Assembly: GCF_963921235.1 (NCBI RefSeq)
Contig: NC_086102.1
Coordinates: 22,568,001-22,632,000 of the forward strand
Length of the DNA stretch: 64,000 nt
Direction of reading: 5' to 3'
From: Mobula hypostoma
Lineage: Eukaryota
Shown: piece by piece, positions 14,641-28,068 of the stretch
How positions within the stretch are numbered: position 1 is the first letter of the stretch
Layout of the letters: each line of letters starts with the position of its first letter
The notes under the pieces: generated by a model
Seen by the model: only the letters and a program-made list of their open reading frames with translations
What the model was told of the DNA's origin: nothing
Databases searched by the model: none
Position numbers and translations under genes: made by a program

Positions 14641-15754
14641 TGCTCCTTTAGATTCCCCATGTGGAGAGGGGGGGCCTGCTGCATGGACAACAGCTTGCTC
14701 TCCATATCATACTGCCCTGGCTTGCGTATTGACCTGTGTATCGTGTAGACGGTTAGGATGCAACGTCCATGGCCGACTCTGGCCAATGGAGGCCTCAATG
14801 GTGGAGAGCATTCCGTGAGACTGCCCTTGGCTGCTGTGCTTCGCGCCTGTGAACGTTGCAGTGATTTTACCTGCTAATGAATGTGGTGAACTGAATACTG
14901 GGGCTTTGTGCCTCCTCTGGGCAGCTCCGGGGATGTGAACCCAAGGATTTGGTTTGGAACGCAGCTGTTGTTGCTCGCTTCTATCACTTACATGGTTTGT
15001 TTTGTGTTTTTTTTTCTCTCTTTCTCTCTGGGCACTGGGGTGGGGTTGGTCTTATTTTTTAAATTGGATTCTTTCAGGTTGCTTGCTTTGTGACTGCCTG
15101 TAAGCAAACACATCTCAAGATTGTGTCACTTATGCATTCTTTGCTAATAATTGCACTTTGAAACTTTGGTTGCATCGCCACCCGTTATGGAAGCTCCAAT
15201 GCACAGGATTGAGAGAGGGTCCATCTAGATGTGTTGGTTGTTAATGCAACCAATGCATTTCAAGGTTTGTTTTGATGTGCGTGTGATAAATAAATCTGAA
15301 TCCAGAGGGCTTTAGGCTCATCGAGCTCCATCGCAGACATAAGCCTCCCCACGACTGAAGACATCTTCAAAAGGTGATTCCTCGGGAAGCTGCATCCATC
15401 GTTAAGGACCCTCACTACCTGGTACATGCCCTCTTCTCAATTCTACCATCAGGGAGAAGGCATAGGAGCCTGAAGACACACAAGCAATGTTTTAGGAACG
15501 GCTTTTACCCCTCTGCCATCAGATTTCAGAATGGTTCGCAAACCCGTGAGCATTAACTCACTATTCCTCTTTTGCACTATTTATTTACTGCAACATCGCA
15601 CTTTTTTACGTCTTGGACTGTACTGCTGCCACAAAGCAGTAAATTTCATGGCATATGTGATAATAAATCTGATTCTGATTGTGATTCTGGACTGCTTTAT
15701 TCCGACTTATAGCAAGAAGTGGTAACTCGTAGCAACTGAAAGACTGAGTGGCCC

Positions 15755-16030
15755 AGGAGCTTAGTGGTTAGTGCGACGCTATTATATCTGGGGGCATTCC
15801 AGAGTTCAGAGTTCAATTCCAGTGCTGCTCCTCCCCGTGGAATGTGTGGATTTTCCTCGGGTACTCCGGTTTCATCCCACGGTCCAAAGACTTACTGGGT
15901 CAGTTAACTGATCATTGTAAATTGTCCCGTGATTAGGTTAGGGTTAATCGGGGTTTGTTGAGGGTTGTCGGGGTGGAGGGGCTCAAAGGGCTGGAAGGGG
16001 CAACTCGGCATCACTAAATAAATAAATAAA
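15755..16030 (+). mobile_element. tRNA-derived V-SINE (HE1-type)
   Basis: A box tagtggttagtg, B box gagttcaattcc, V-domain ...ccggtttcatcccacggtccaaagac, (TAAA)n tail. Confidence 0.8.
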
Positions 16031-16989
16031 GACAATTTACAGATGTGGACTGACAACCCTGGCTGTTGCTGGTATATCTAAGACAAGTAGCACCTGGGCC
16101 TGCTGACAACAGTAAAAATAAAGCAACATGGCACTGATGGTTGGTCAATGAAAAGAACATGGTCTAGGTGACCGGCCAGGAACTAATCACACCCTTTCCA
16201 GTGCACCATGGCGATAAAGAGCAAATTACATGAATACCATTACTGCACTTGGAGGAGTCGATCTAGTCAGTAGTTCTCAAGAAAGTACATTTGGCCCAGA
16301 CTGAATATCTAAAGACGGTTTGGTTATATCAAACATCAACAAAGATGAGGTCTCTGAATGAAATAGTCTAAGTGAGCTGCAAGAGTGGCAAGGATATTGA
16401 TATTCTGTATACAAGGAGCAGTACTCAATTTGACTCAAGTCATTTGATAAAGGATTCCAGTCAAGGTCTTGACATAATTGCAACAACAACCTCTCTAATG
16501 GGCAAAAGTGCTAGAAAACCTCTGTTCCTCTGGATTTTGGTGATGGCTTTAGGACTTTGCATTTCAGGACAAATAATGATGAAATGGAACGTTCCTAATT
16601 GGGTAAACAAATTCCTCAGTGGACAACTGAATGTTGTGTCAGAGAAGTAAGTGTGGAAAAGGATATCAGTCAGCTGGAGTTTGCTGTCCAAAAGTCTTTT
16701 GATTGTTTGGAAAGCTTAATGAAGTGCCAGAAACAGGCAAAATCTACATGGTCATTGGACTTGTATTATCAAACAGTAGCTGACGAGAGCTAGGAGAAAG
16801 AATTGTGTCGAGGATGCAAAAATTAATCACGTTGAAAGAATTAAGAGGAATTTTTGGACTTTTTAAAAAATTGGGTTATTTGGGTTTCTTGCTTTGTGGC
16901 TGCCTGTAAGCAGACAAATCTCAAAGTGTATAATTTGTACATTCTTTAATAATAAGTGTGATTTGAATTTGAATTTGAATTTGAAGGCA

Positions 16990-18545
16990 GAAAGTCAAAG
17001 GAAGAAATGCAGGAAATAGGTGGGATCGTGAAGGAGATTTTTGCATCTTTATCTCTCACAGGTTAGGTACTAGAAGACTGGACACAGCTAATGCCCTTTT
17101 TTAAGAAAGGAAGTTGGAATAAGTCAAGTGACAACATGCTGATGAATGTTACTCCAGTAGTTGGAAAATCAATGGAGGAAATTCTAAGGCATAGATTTTT
17201 TATATATTTGGGAAGTTAGAGACTGATAAGGCAAATTCAGCATGTTTTTGAGTGAGGGAGGTCCTGGTTAACTAATTTGGTTGCTTGTTTCGAGGAATTA
17301 ACTAAGAAGATTGTTGAAGGAAGGACTTATATGGAATTTAGTAAGGCAAGGTAGCACACGTAAGCTGGTCCAGAAGGTCAAGGCATATGGAATTCAAGGT
17401 GAGTTGGCCAATTGGATCGAAAACTGCTGAGGTGACAGGAAGCAGAGGGGTGGAAGTTGCTTTTCTGTTTGGTAGTCCATGACCAGTGGTGTGCTACAGG
17501 ATCAGTGCTGTGATCTTTGTTGTTTGTGATAGATATTATTGACTTTGGTGTGCTTGCAGGAGCGAGGTTCAGTGTCCGCAGATGACACAGGAATTATTGG
17601 TGTTGTGGATAGTGAGGAAGTCTGTGTAAGGTACAGGGGGATACAGAGCAGATGGACAGGTGGGGAGGTGGAATTTAATCCCAGCGTGTGTGAGACGATA
17701 CATTTTGGGAAGTAGGACAAGGAAAGTAAATGATGGGGACTAAGAAAGACTATGAATAATCAGTAAGGAGTGCTGATGAACAGAAAGACTTAGGGGTTTG
17801 AGTCCATTTGTCCCCAAAAGTGGCAACATGTGTAGCTAGGGTGGTGAAGAAGGAATATGCATGCTCTGCTTTATTAATTGAGACAAATGATATGAACGTT
17901 ATTGAAGCTCTACAAGACTCTGGTTAGTGTGCGGTTCAGCAACAGGAAAGGGGTTGCAGAGCTGGAGGAACTGAGGGGGTGATTAGAGGGGAAATACATG
18001 GAGACCGGCTGACATCTAGAACTTGTGCCACAGGTGTGACGAGAGGGACCGAGGCGAGGATGGTAAGGACCCGAGTGCTGGAGTATCCGAGACCAGACTC
18101 AAGACACAATTTCAAGATTGAGATAGGAACAGGATTCTTGACTAGATGCTAGATGAGAATCCAAGGAAGACAGAAATCCTAAACACAATCACAGACTGAA
18201 CTAAGGTTGAGCTGATGATTACGAACTGAGTCTGAGTTCAGGTGAGGTTTTCTTTCAATATAAAAATACTGGTGCCAGAACATGGCTGTCAATTAGCAGA
18301 GAGGGCTTGATCTCTAAAGTGGCCACACCAGCTATCCATATTCTGGAGAAGTTGAGCATCTAAACCCAGGAAGCTTGAACGGCTGGGTGCATACGGTAAC
18401 AATAGGAGGTGGTGGAATCAGATACCAGCACCTCATCTCAGAGACACTTAGTCATCCACTTGCATTAGCAGGGTAGGGAAGGCAAAGTGTTGGCATTGAC
18501 ACAGTAGGCTGAAGGGCCTCTTTCTATGCTGTATGGCACTGCAAA
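16990..18545 (+). mobile_element. Heavily decayed CR1 RT/3' end, interrupted at 17928-18401
   Basis: CR1 motifs gaagactggacacagctaatg, ttgtttgtgatagatatt, gatgacacagg; 3' tail ...ggctgaagggcctcttt. Confidence 0.7.
17928..18401. mobile_element. Possible solo LTR
   Basis: TGT...AACA ends; flanks ttag/atag (3 of 4 match); unrelated to the surrounding CR1. Confidence 0.35.
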
Positions 18546-19986
18546 AGTATAAAGAACCTTTCTCTGTTTTAGAGAGCTAACATTGGGCTGGTGGGAAAGC
18601 AATCCACATTGTGTCAAAAGCAAACTGCAGAACTGCAAGAGCAGGTTTGCTGAAACAATTGATTGGGAGGGCAGTGAACCATGACTGGGAGTTCCTGATG
18701 TGTATTCTCCTTTAGATTGGATAAATCTGCATGTTAATGAAGGAATAGAATATGGGGTCTCTTAATTTGTAATTCCAAGTCAGCAATATATCTACAAGTG
18801 TCTGTAATTCCAGAGTTAAATTTGCCAGGTCATATTTGATTCCTCCTTGGTATATGCATGAGTATAACAGAAAATAGTGGTTGTAAGATAAAATGGTGTT
18901 AGCCTAGATTGTGGGAATGTTTTGAGAAAGTCAAAGGGAATTAGTCCACAGGGAATGTTTCGCGAACTAACAGGAGAATCAATCTACAGCTTTGTCCATA
19001 AATAATGAAAAACGTACTAGTTTGGGAAAGGGAAAAATGATGCACAAGTTTAGGTACCATCTGGTATCATCCAATACCAATGAATTCCTCCTGGCCCAAT
19101 TCTCACCAATTGAAAGTCCTAGATGGGGTGGACATGGAGAGGATGAAAGTGTAGAGGACACAACCTCAGTATAGAAGGACATCCCTTTAGAACAAAGATG
19201 AGGAGGATTTTCCTTAGCCGGAATCTATGGAATTCATTGCCGTGGAAAAGAGTCATTTGGTATATTCAGAGTGGAGGTTGATAGGTTCTTGATTAGTAAA
19301 GACAACAAAGGTTATGGGGAGAAGGCAGGAGAATGGGTTCAGAGGGAAAATAAATCAGCCATGATCGAATGGCAGAGCAGACTCAATGGGCTGACTGGCT
19401 AAATTCTGCTTATATGCCTTACAGTGATCTGCCACAAACATCTCCTGTATTTACCAGGCTTCCTGGATTAGGGCAGTACAGTTGTGCAGCAGGTTGTAAA
19501 GCAGGTTCCTTTCAATTTCCTGGTTAACTTATTATTAACTATCATATTTACGGTTCTGATTTCTGACCTGCCTCACAAGTTGAAATATTTTCCCAATGCC
19601 TGGTGTGATGAATGCAGTTTCTTGAAAAATGATTTGTTTTTTTCAAGTGTGCGACAAAGTTCTACAGCAGTGGATTTATTTTGAATTTGATCATGAGCTC
19701 CACAAAACAAGAGAGTTTTTATGGCGTAAAGTATCAGTTTGGTTCTCATTTCCAAGGGAGCATATATCACTTGGTCAAACACTTTCCCTGTAATAGTGAG
19801 GGAAAGTGTTGTCCTTCACTGGAGATACAGAGTCATATGTTCTGGATTCTTGGGGAATTTCTTGAAACAACACAGAAGGTTTTCCCCAATATTACAAGCA
19901 AGAACTCCTCTATCAGCAATATCAGCAAAATGGAATGTTTGGCAATTCACTTCACTGTGGTTTCTGTAGTCTTCTCTGTGAGAATA

Positions 19987-20668
19987 CAGACATCCCACCC
20001 TGCAAAAACTCATTTCAGGGAGGTAGCACCCCCGCCCCTGCAACTCTATATCCCCCCCGGTCGACCTCCAAGGGTGTATGTAATACTTTGTTTACTGATT
20101 TTGTCTAATCTGTAAACCAAGTTGGATATATGCAGAAAATGTGACATTAAAATATGTACTTATATTATATTGTATTATATTATATTATCATGTTTATTCT
20201 ATTACAACTTTAAGCAAGTCTACAGGGAGTTTGGCCTCATCACGTAGGACATTAATAGAGTAGCTCCTTAGCAGCCAGCCAGCTAGTTTAAATAATGTTA
20301 GCTATGCTGATGAAAAAATAACACCTGTTAAACTCACCTCAACACATATTTTACATTTTAACCCACCATGGGCAATATAGAAGTCACTGTTGCAAACAGT
20401 GCAGCGAGCAACACTGTCATTATTTTTGAGGTCGACTGTAAAGCCCGCCCACAGAGAAAACTGATAGGTCTACTTAGCACGAAGAGAGACCAATCAGGAT
20501 GCTTGCTCTCGCTCTCATCCTCGTTCTCGTTCTCCCTCTCCCTCTCGCTCTTCCTCGCCCTCTCAAAAAAATCGATTTCCGGGATATTGTATATAATTTC
20601 TGAGTGTCAGGGAGCCGCTATCAATATGCGGGAGACTCCTGGAACTTCCGGGAGAGGTGGGATGTCTG
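19987..20668. mobile_element. Non-autonomous TIR element (MITE), superfamily unassigned
   Basis: 13-bp perfect TIR CAGACATCCCACC / GGTGGGATGTCTG; flanks agaata/aggata; AT-rich interior. Confidence 0.6.
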
Positions 20669-23659
20669 AGGATAGGTCTAATCTGGTGAGAAACCAGAAA
20701 CTGTGGAGCAGAAGGCTGTTTGACCATCTATGTACGAAACAACACCTTTGAGGAGTAATTTCTCCACTCAAAAAGCTAGGGGAAATGCAAGCTTGCCCAC
20801 TGTCAAAAATACTTCAAAGGTCGAAGTTCAAAGTGCATTTATTATCAAAGCATATATGCATTATACAACCTTGAGATTCATCTCCTTACAGGCAGCCACA
20901 AAACAAGAAACTCAAAAGAGCCCATTAAAAAAACCAACAAACACCCAATGAGCTGAGAGGGAAATACACAAATCATGCAAACGATTAAAGCAAGCAAACA
21001 GCATTCAGAACAAAGGTGAGTTCATAGAGGCAAAGTCCAGAGTAGCTGGAGCAGGCCCGCAGCCTCAACTTCAGTTCACCACACAGTGGAGCAAATCATA
21101 ACAGATCCCACAGACACGAAGCCTGGAGACGCGGAGCAGGCCCACAGCCTGGGCTTCAGTTCATCACACAGAGAAGGAAAACAATACAGATCCCACAGAC
21201 ATGAAGTCTGGAGACACGGAGCAGGCCCACAATCTTGGCCTTAGTGCAGTGGAAAGCAGAGTAGCGAACAGGACCGGACCGACCCTTGCCTCCAATCCTG
21301 ACACTGTGCCTTTTCAATCCACCTGACCTGGTGTTTAAACTCCTCCGCTTTGCTCGCTCCTGCTGCATCTCCAATTCCAACTCCAACTTGACCTTGCTCA
21401 CACCCACCCTCGAGTCAACTTCGCCTTCGCTCTCCTCTTCATTGTTTGCCGTGATCATTTACCATGATTTTTTTTTGTAATTTATTTTTTATTGATTACT
21501 ATGATTTTTTTTAACAGTAAAGGTGTTATTATGTTGTTGCTACCTGGCTTGCTGAGTTCCTCCAGCATTTTGTGTGTGTTGCTTGGATTTCCAGCATCTG
21601 CAGATTTTCTCTTGTTGGTTATTGATAAAATATTTAGTTGTGTTTCTCATGTTGAGGACCGCCAGTAAGTTGTCAGCACCTTCAGCAGTGTTGTCGTAAA
21701 CCAGATCAACTTTCACTGGGACTTCTGAGATTCTTGTGGTATTGAATGGGCTGCCAAGCAAAAGAATTGTGGTGAAGATCAGGGATGGTGTCATCCACAT
21801 GGCTGTACAGCTCAATCTTGTTCATAGAGAAAAAACCTATAAATGTAAGCAATCCCCACTGACAAGGAGATTTGAAGGGACTGTCAGCAGTATCATCATC
21901 TCAAAGCTCCGTTATACTGATTCCTCTTCCCCCTCATTCTCGGACTGAAACCCCTCCATGGATGCTGCCTGACATGTTGAGTTCCTCCAGCATTTTGTGT
22001 GTGTTGCCCCTTCATACTCGTTTTCAAGAAGTCTTTTCATCTCATTGGTGGGATTTCAGTTTGCCTTCTTCATCTCCACTATTTTCTAGTCTCCGTTCTC
22101 TTATTTTGGCAAAGAATTTCTACAACTCAGTAACATAGCTGCAGCTCTTCCTCCTGGAGCTATTTTCTACAATGTAATGCCCATCATTTCAAAGCCGTCG
22201 TCTTCTAGTACATCGTTCAGAAAGCTCCTGTTCCATCTTGGGGTACATTCTGTAAGAGTAGCAAAATGACAGGGGCACTGTCCTCTTCGTCCTGGGTAAC
22301 TTCAATTGCTCATTAGATAACCTTTCCCTGATTATAATCTGCAGGAGCTAGTTGTGTGCAAATTGGATAACTTTTCTCCAAGATGACAACAGTGACTGCA
22401 CTTCAAGAGGCACAATGAGTCTATCTGTCCATGAAGATCAAGAAAAGTGCTCTAAAAATCAAGTCTTTCCTTCAACTGACAGGCCTGGACAGGGAGGGGC
22501 AGATGCTGGGTATGGTACTTATAACGTCATGGGCATGGCAAAGAAAGAGAATTGAAGGCTTGCAGGTTAGTTTGAACTGCCTTCAATTAACTTCCTTTAG
22601 ACCACTGGATATGAGGTCTGATCTTGGATTTTACTGTTTAGCCACACAGTACTTTCTTGTAGACTATAATTTAGTCTACATTGTTATTGGTCTACCGCAG
22701 TACACTGTGTAATGAATTGATCTGTATGAACGGCATACAAAACAAACTTTTTACTGCGCCTCAGTGCACATGCAATAGTAAACTAACTCCAGTTCCAATT
22801 CCAGAGGGATTATAGTGGGCAAGGTGCACACTCCTCCCATTGGTCTCCAGCTGGAATCCTGTAGCCAGAGTCTGATCCCAATTCAATATTTCATCTGATT
22901 GCTACCATTTGCAGAAAGAAAACAAAACAATAGCTGCAGGAGTCTACCTCTCTAGACTGCCTGCCATTAATTATTATCATGGCTAATATACGATGGCTTT
23001 GGAGCTTGGACTGAGTGCTGATAGGGGATGATAGGGGATGAAACCAGTGCTTGGGCTGAGTGGTAATGGAGTGGGTATAGTTTTTGTCCTGTGTGGTAAT
23101 GGAATGGAATGGTGTCTGGATTAAGTGCAAATAAGGCATTCACGGGGTTTGGCATCTGTGTCAATGAGGCAGCAGTGGGCCTTTCCCTCACTTTTAAAGT
23201 TTCAATGCCCATTTTTCAGGTGAGAAAAATGAGTCATAGACTTGTACAAAATAGCATTGAGCTTTTAGGACCTGAAATTCACCCTCTCTCTGTAAATGGG
23301 GAAGCAGCACATTGTCAATATTGCAGCAATGTTGACGTGCTCCATGACTGTTCACACCAGGGCCAACTCCTCTGCTTATAAATGAGTACTTCACAGCTAG
23401 AATAAAATATTTTCCAATATTTGCACAGAATCCTACAGCACAAATATGGATCTTTTTGTCCAACTTTATCCATGCTGATTGTTCTCACACTAATTCCACT
23501 TTCTCACATTAGGGCCATATCCCTCAATACCTCTCCTAAGAACTTGTCTATTCCCAATCCACACTAATCCCACTTCTTCACATTACGGCCTGATCCCTGT
23601 ACGCCTCTCCTAAGAACTTCTTAAATGTTGTAACTGTATCTGTTTCTTCCATCTTACAG

Positions 23660-25863
23660 TTGAACAAAGGGAACTATGGAGCCATGAGGGAGGAGCTGGC
23701 CAAAGTTCAGTGGAACAATACCCTAGCAGGGATGACAGTGGAACAGCAATGGCAAGTGTTTCTGGGAATAATGCGGAAGGTGCAGGATCAGTTCGTTCCA
23801 AAGAGGAAGAAAGATCCTAAGGGGAGTAAGGGGAGGCCGTGGCTGACAAGGGAAGTAATGGACAGTATAAAAATAAAAGAGAAGAAGTATAACATAGCAA
23901 AGACGAGTGGGAAGCCGGAGGATTGGCAAACTTTTAAAGAGCAACAGAAGGTAAAAAAATGAGGTACGAAGGTAAACTAGCCAAGAATATAAAGGAGGAT
24001 AGTAAAAGCTTCTTTAGGTATGTGAAAAGGAAAAAAAAAGTTAAGAACAAAATTGGGCCCTTGAAGACAGAAGTGGGTGAATTTATTATGGGGAACAAGG
24101 AAATGGCAGATGAGTTGAACAGGTACTTTGGATCTGTCTTCACTAGGGAAGACACAAACAATCTCCCAGATGTAATAGTGGCCAAAGGACCTAGGGTAAT
24201 GGATGAACTGAAGGAAATTTGTATTAGGCAGGAAATGGTGTTGGATAGGCTGTTGGGTCTGAAGGCTGATAAGTCCCCGGGACCTGATGGTCTGCATCCC
24301 AGGGTACTTAAGGAGGTGGCTTTAGAAATCGTGGACGCATTGGTAATCATTTTCCAGTGTTCTATAGATTCAGGATCAGTTCCTGTGGATTGGAGGGCGG
24401 CTAATGTTGTCCTTCTCTTCAAGAAGGGAGGAAGAGAGAAAACAGGGAATTATAGACTGGTTAGCCTGACATCGGTGGTGGGAAAGATGCTGGAGTCAAT
24501 TGTGAAAGATGAAATTACGACACATCTGGATAGTAGTAACAGGATTGGTCCAAGTCAGCATGGATTTACGAAGGGGAAATCGTGCTTGACTAATCTTCTG
24601 GAATTTTTTGAGGATGTAACTATGAAAATGGACAAGGGAGAGCCAGTGGATGTAGTGTACCTGGACTTTCAGAAAGCCTTTGATAAAGTCCCACATAGGA
24701 GATTAGTGGGCAAAATTAGGGCACATGGTATTGGGGGCAGAGTTCTGACATGGATTGAAAATTGGCTGGCTGACAGAAAACAAAGAGTAGCGATTAACGG
24801 GTTCCTTTTGGAATGGCAGGCGGTGACCAGTGGGGTACCGCAGGGTTCAGTGTTGGGACCGCAGCTGTTTACAATATATATTAATGATCTAGATGAGGGA
24901 ATTAAAAGTAACATTAGCAAATTTGCCGATGACACAAAGCTGGGTGGCAGTGTGAAATGTGAGGAGGATGTTATGAGAATGCAGGGTGACTTGGACAGGC
25001 TGGGTGAGTGGGCAGATGCATGGCAGATGCAGTTTAATGTGGATAAATGTGAGGTTATCCACTTTGGTGGTAAGAACGGGAAGGCAGATTATTATCAAAA
25101 TGGAGTCAAGTTAGGAAAAGGGGAAGCACAACGAGATCTAGGTGTTCTTGTACATCAGTCTCTGAAAGCAACCATGCAAGTACAGCAGGCAGTGAAGAAA
25201 GCTAATGGCATACTGGCCTTCATAACAAGGGGAATTGAGTATAAGAGCAAAGAGGTCCTTCTGCAGCTGTACAGGGCCCTGGTGAGACCACACCTGGAGT
25301 ACTGTATGCAGTTTTGTTCTCCAAATTTGAGGAAGGACGTTCTTTCTATTGAGAGAGTGCAGTGTATGTTCACAAGGTTAATTCCTGGGATGGCGGGATT
25401 GTCATATGTCGAAAGATTCGAGTGACTGGGCTTGTATACTCTGGAATCTAGAAGGCTGAGAGGGGATCTTATTGAAACATATAAGATTATTAAGGGATTG
25501 GACACGCTGGAGGCAGGAAGCATGTTCCCGCTGATGGGTGAGTCCAGAACCAGAGGCCACAGTTTAAGAATTAGGGGTAGGCCATTTAGAACAGAGTTGA
25601 GGAAAAACTTTTTCACCCAGAGAGTGGTGGATATATGGAATGCTCTGCCCTAGAAGGCTGTGGAGGCCAAGTCTCTGGATGCTTTCAAGGAAGAGATGGA
25701 TAGAGCTCTTAAAGATAGCGGAATCAAAGGTTATGGGGATAAGGCAGGAACTGGATACTGATAGTGGATGATCAGCCATGATCACAGTGAATGGCAGTGC
25801 TGGCTCGAAGGGCCGAATGACCTACTCCTGCACCTATTGTCTATTGTCTATTGTTTATTGTCT
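23660..25863 (+). mobile_element. CR1 LINE, 5'-truncated, with a 488-aa open RT segment (23959-25425)
   Basis: KSPGPDGLHPRVLKE, YLDFQKAFDKVPH, SGVPQGSVLGP, SKFADDTKL, LYRALVRPHLEYC; (ctattgt)n-type tail. Long open frame suggests a relatively young copy. Confidence 0.95.
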
Positions 25864-26224
25864 AACTTCTCTGGCAGCTCATTCCAGATAACCACCATCC
25901 CTCAGATCTACATTAACTTTCTTCCCTCTTGGCTGAAACTTTCATTGCATTAAGGAGCAAAGCTGAGGATTTCATAAATTTTAAGGATGTTTTGATTTAT
26001 CTTAAGACCAACAGTCATGTTTGAATGTAGTCATTGTGATACTGGAAGGAAGTTGTGAAGGTTGTTGACGGTAACTGAAATTTCTTTCATAATCTGTATC
26101 CTTGGCAACAGCACATTTGAAAAGCACTCAGTCCTTGGTTTTTCCTTTGTGGATTTCTAGTTAAAATTAAAGACATTATTGCATTTATCCCATTTTACAG
26201 CATTGGGAGGGGTTGCATTGACAG

Positions 26225-26545
26225 TCAGTAATGACGTGTGTGAGTGGATATTAAACATTAACGCACGATTGGGTTTCTGCAGACTTTGCCCTTTCACTTG
26301 GCCGTACAAATAATCCTTGGCTTATATCACGTCATGATAAGATTCAGTTTTTATACATCATCGGAGAAGCCTGCTAACCTAATACTTTAAAATTCTTTCC
26401 TGGTACAGAGTCTTGTTTGATTCCTTCTGTATGATATTTGTTTTTACGTGAAATTACCTTTGTTTATTCTGCGGGCTTCCTACTGTTGCTTTTACTTGCG
26501 AAGGTTGTTCTTTGGAAAACACAGGGATTCTACTCAAGGTGCGTG
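26225..26545 (+). promoter_or_regulatory. Candidate promoter / non-coding first exon
   Basis: Non-repetitive and locally CpG-retaining. Inverted pair ATGACGTG (26231) / CACGTCAT (26328), GATAAG next to the latter, donor-like AAG|gtgcgt at 26538/26539. Confidence 0.35.
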
Positions 26546-27235
26546 GTTTATCATTCCTTGCTGCAAAGCCGGGAGGGCACTGGAAAGCTCTCGAATGAGT
26601 TGATGGAATTTCCTGTCCACGCTTCGTTGCAAATTGAGGAAAAGAACATTTTCTCTTCTGCTTAGGAAGACTATTAAACAGGTCAGAAGTACACTTCTCT
26701 CATGAGCTTGTCTCTGTTTGGAATATTGTTAACTCTTTAAAAAGAATGGATGGAACGTTAAGCCAGATAGTTCTCGGGCCTTGGATGAACTTTGCCTGAT
26801 TAACTATTGATCTGTGCCCAAAGCATCTGCTATTTTACAGCAGGCCTCAACACTATGAAGGCTTCACTTATTCACCTCTGGTTTATACTTTAATATTCAA
26901 AAAATGTGCAAATAGTAACAAGCATAAAACCAAAAGTAATTTAAATAGAGTTGTAGAGCACTATAGCACAGAAATAGCCCTTTGGCGCAGTGAGTCCATC
27001 AAATGTATAATAACAAACAACTAAACAAGGCAAAGCTCTGACCCTTTCCACTGGGGTTTGCCAATTCTTTCAAATGAATGGTTAAGTGCTTGTTAGCCAG
27101 TTTGAAAAATGAGGGGTGAATGTGTCGAACAAGAATGCTTAATCAAACAATATATATATATATATATATATAACATACAATGTACATTTTATATATAATA
27201 TGGATGGATCTATATATATTGTGCAATATAGATGG

Positions 27236-28038
27236 AACAGTCCCCGGTATTGCTCCCCAACTCTTCCTGCGCTACATTGACGACTGCATTGGTGCTGCTT
27301 CCTGCACCCATGTTGAGCTCATTAATTTCATTAACTTTGCCCCCAACTTCCATCCTGCCCTTACATTCACTTGCCCATTTCTGACACCTTCTTCTCCTTT
27401 CTTGATCTCTGTCTCCATCTCTGGAGACAAACTGTCAACCAACGTCTTTTATAAACCTGTTGATTCCCACGGTTATCTTGACTATACCTCTTCTCAACCT
27501 ATCTCCTGTAAAAATGTTGCTCCCTTTTCTCAGTTCCTTTGCCTCTGCCACATCTGTTCCCAGGATGCGACCTTCCTTTCCAGGACATCTGAGAAGTCTT
27601 CCTTCTTCAAAGAACAGGGCTTCCCTCCCTCTTGAATTGATGCCACCTTCACCTGCATCTCCTCCATTTCCTGAACATCCGTGCTCACCCCATGTTCCTG
27701 TTGCCTTGTTCTTGAGTCCTCCACATCCAACACATCATCCTCCGCAACTGCCGCCATCTCCAAAGGGATCCTAGCACTAAACGTATCTTTAGTTTACACT
27801 TCCTGCAGGGAATGCTCCTTCTGTGATTTCCTTGTCCACTCGTCCCTCCCCACAAATCTCCCTCCTGGCACTTACTCCTGCAAGCAGTCTAAATTCTACA
27901 GCTGCCCGTTCACCTCCTCCCTCGCCTCTCTTCAGGGCCCCAAACAGTCCTTCCAAGTGAGACTACGCTTCACCAGTGAAGCTCCTGGGGTCATCTATTG
28001 TATCTGGAGCTCCTGATGTGGCCTCCTTTACATTGTCG
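27236..28038 (+). mobile_element. Penelope-like (Neptune-type) RT/linker fragment, decayed
   Basis: LFLRYIDDCIG, VFYKPVDSHGYLDYTSS, SSFFKEQGFP, PGTYSC...QGPKQSFQVR...GVIYCI. Confidence 0.85.
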
Positions 28039-28068
28039 TAAATTTTATTTAAATTCTGAGGGACTTAT

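Noticed and set aside
15755-15830. tRNA gene
   Set aside because: A and B boxes are followed by the V-SINE core and no cloverleaf is evident; this and the similar heads are SINEs.
22900-23210. Short repeats gagtggtaatgga / gataggggat as a functional array
   Set aside because: Only 2-3 degenerate copies beside a small LINE-like remnant (LPAI..MANIR); too little to classify.
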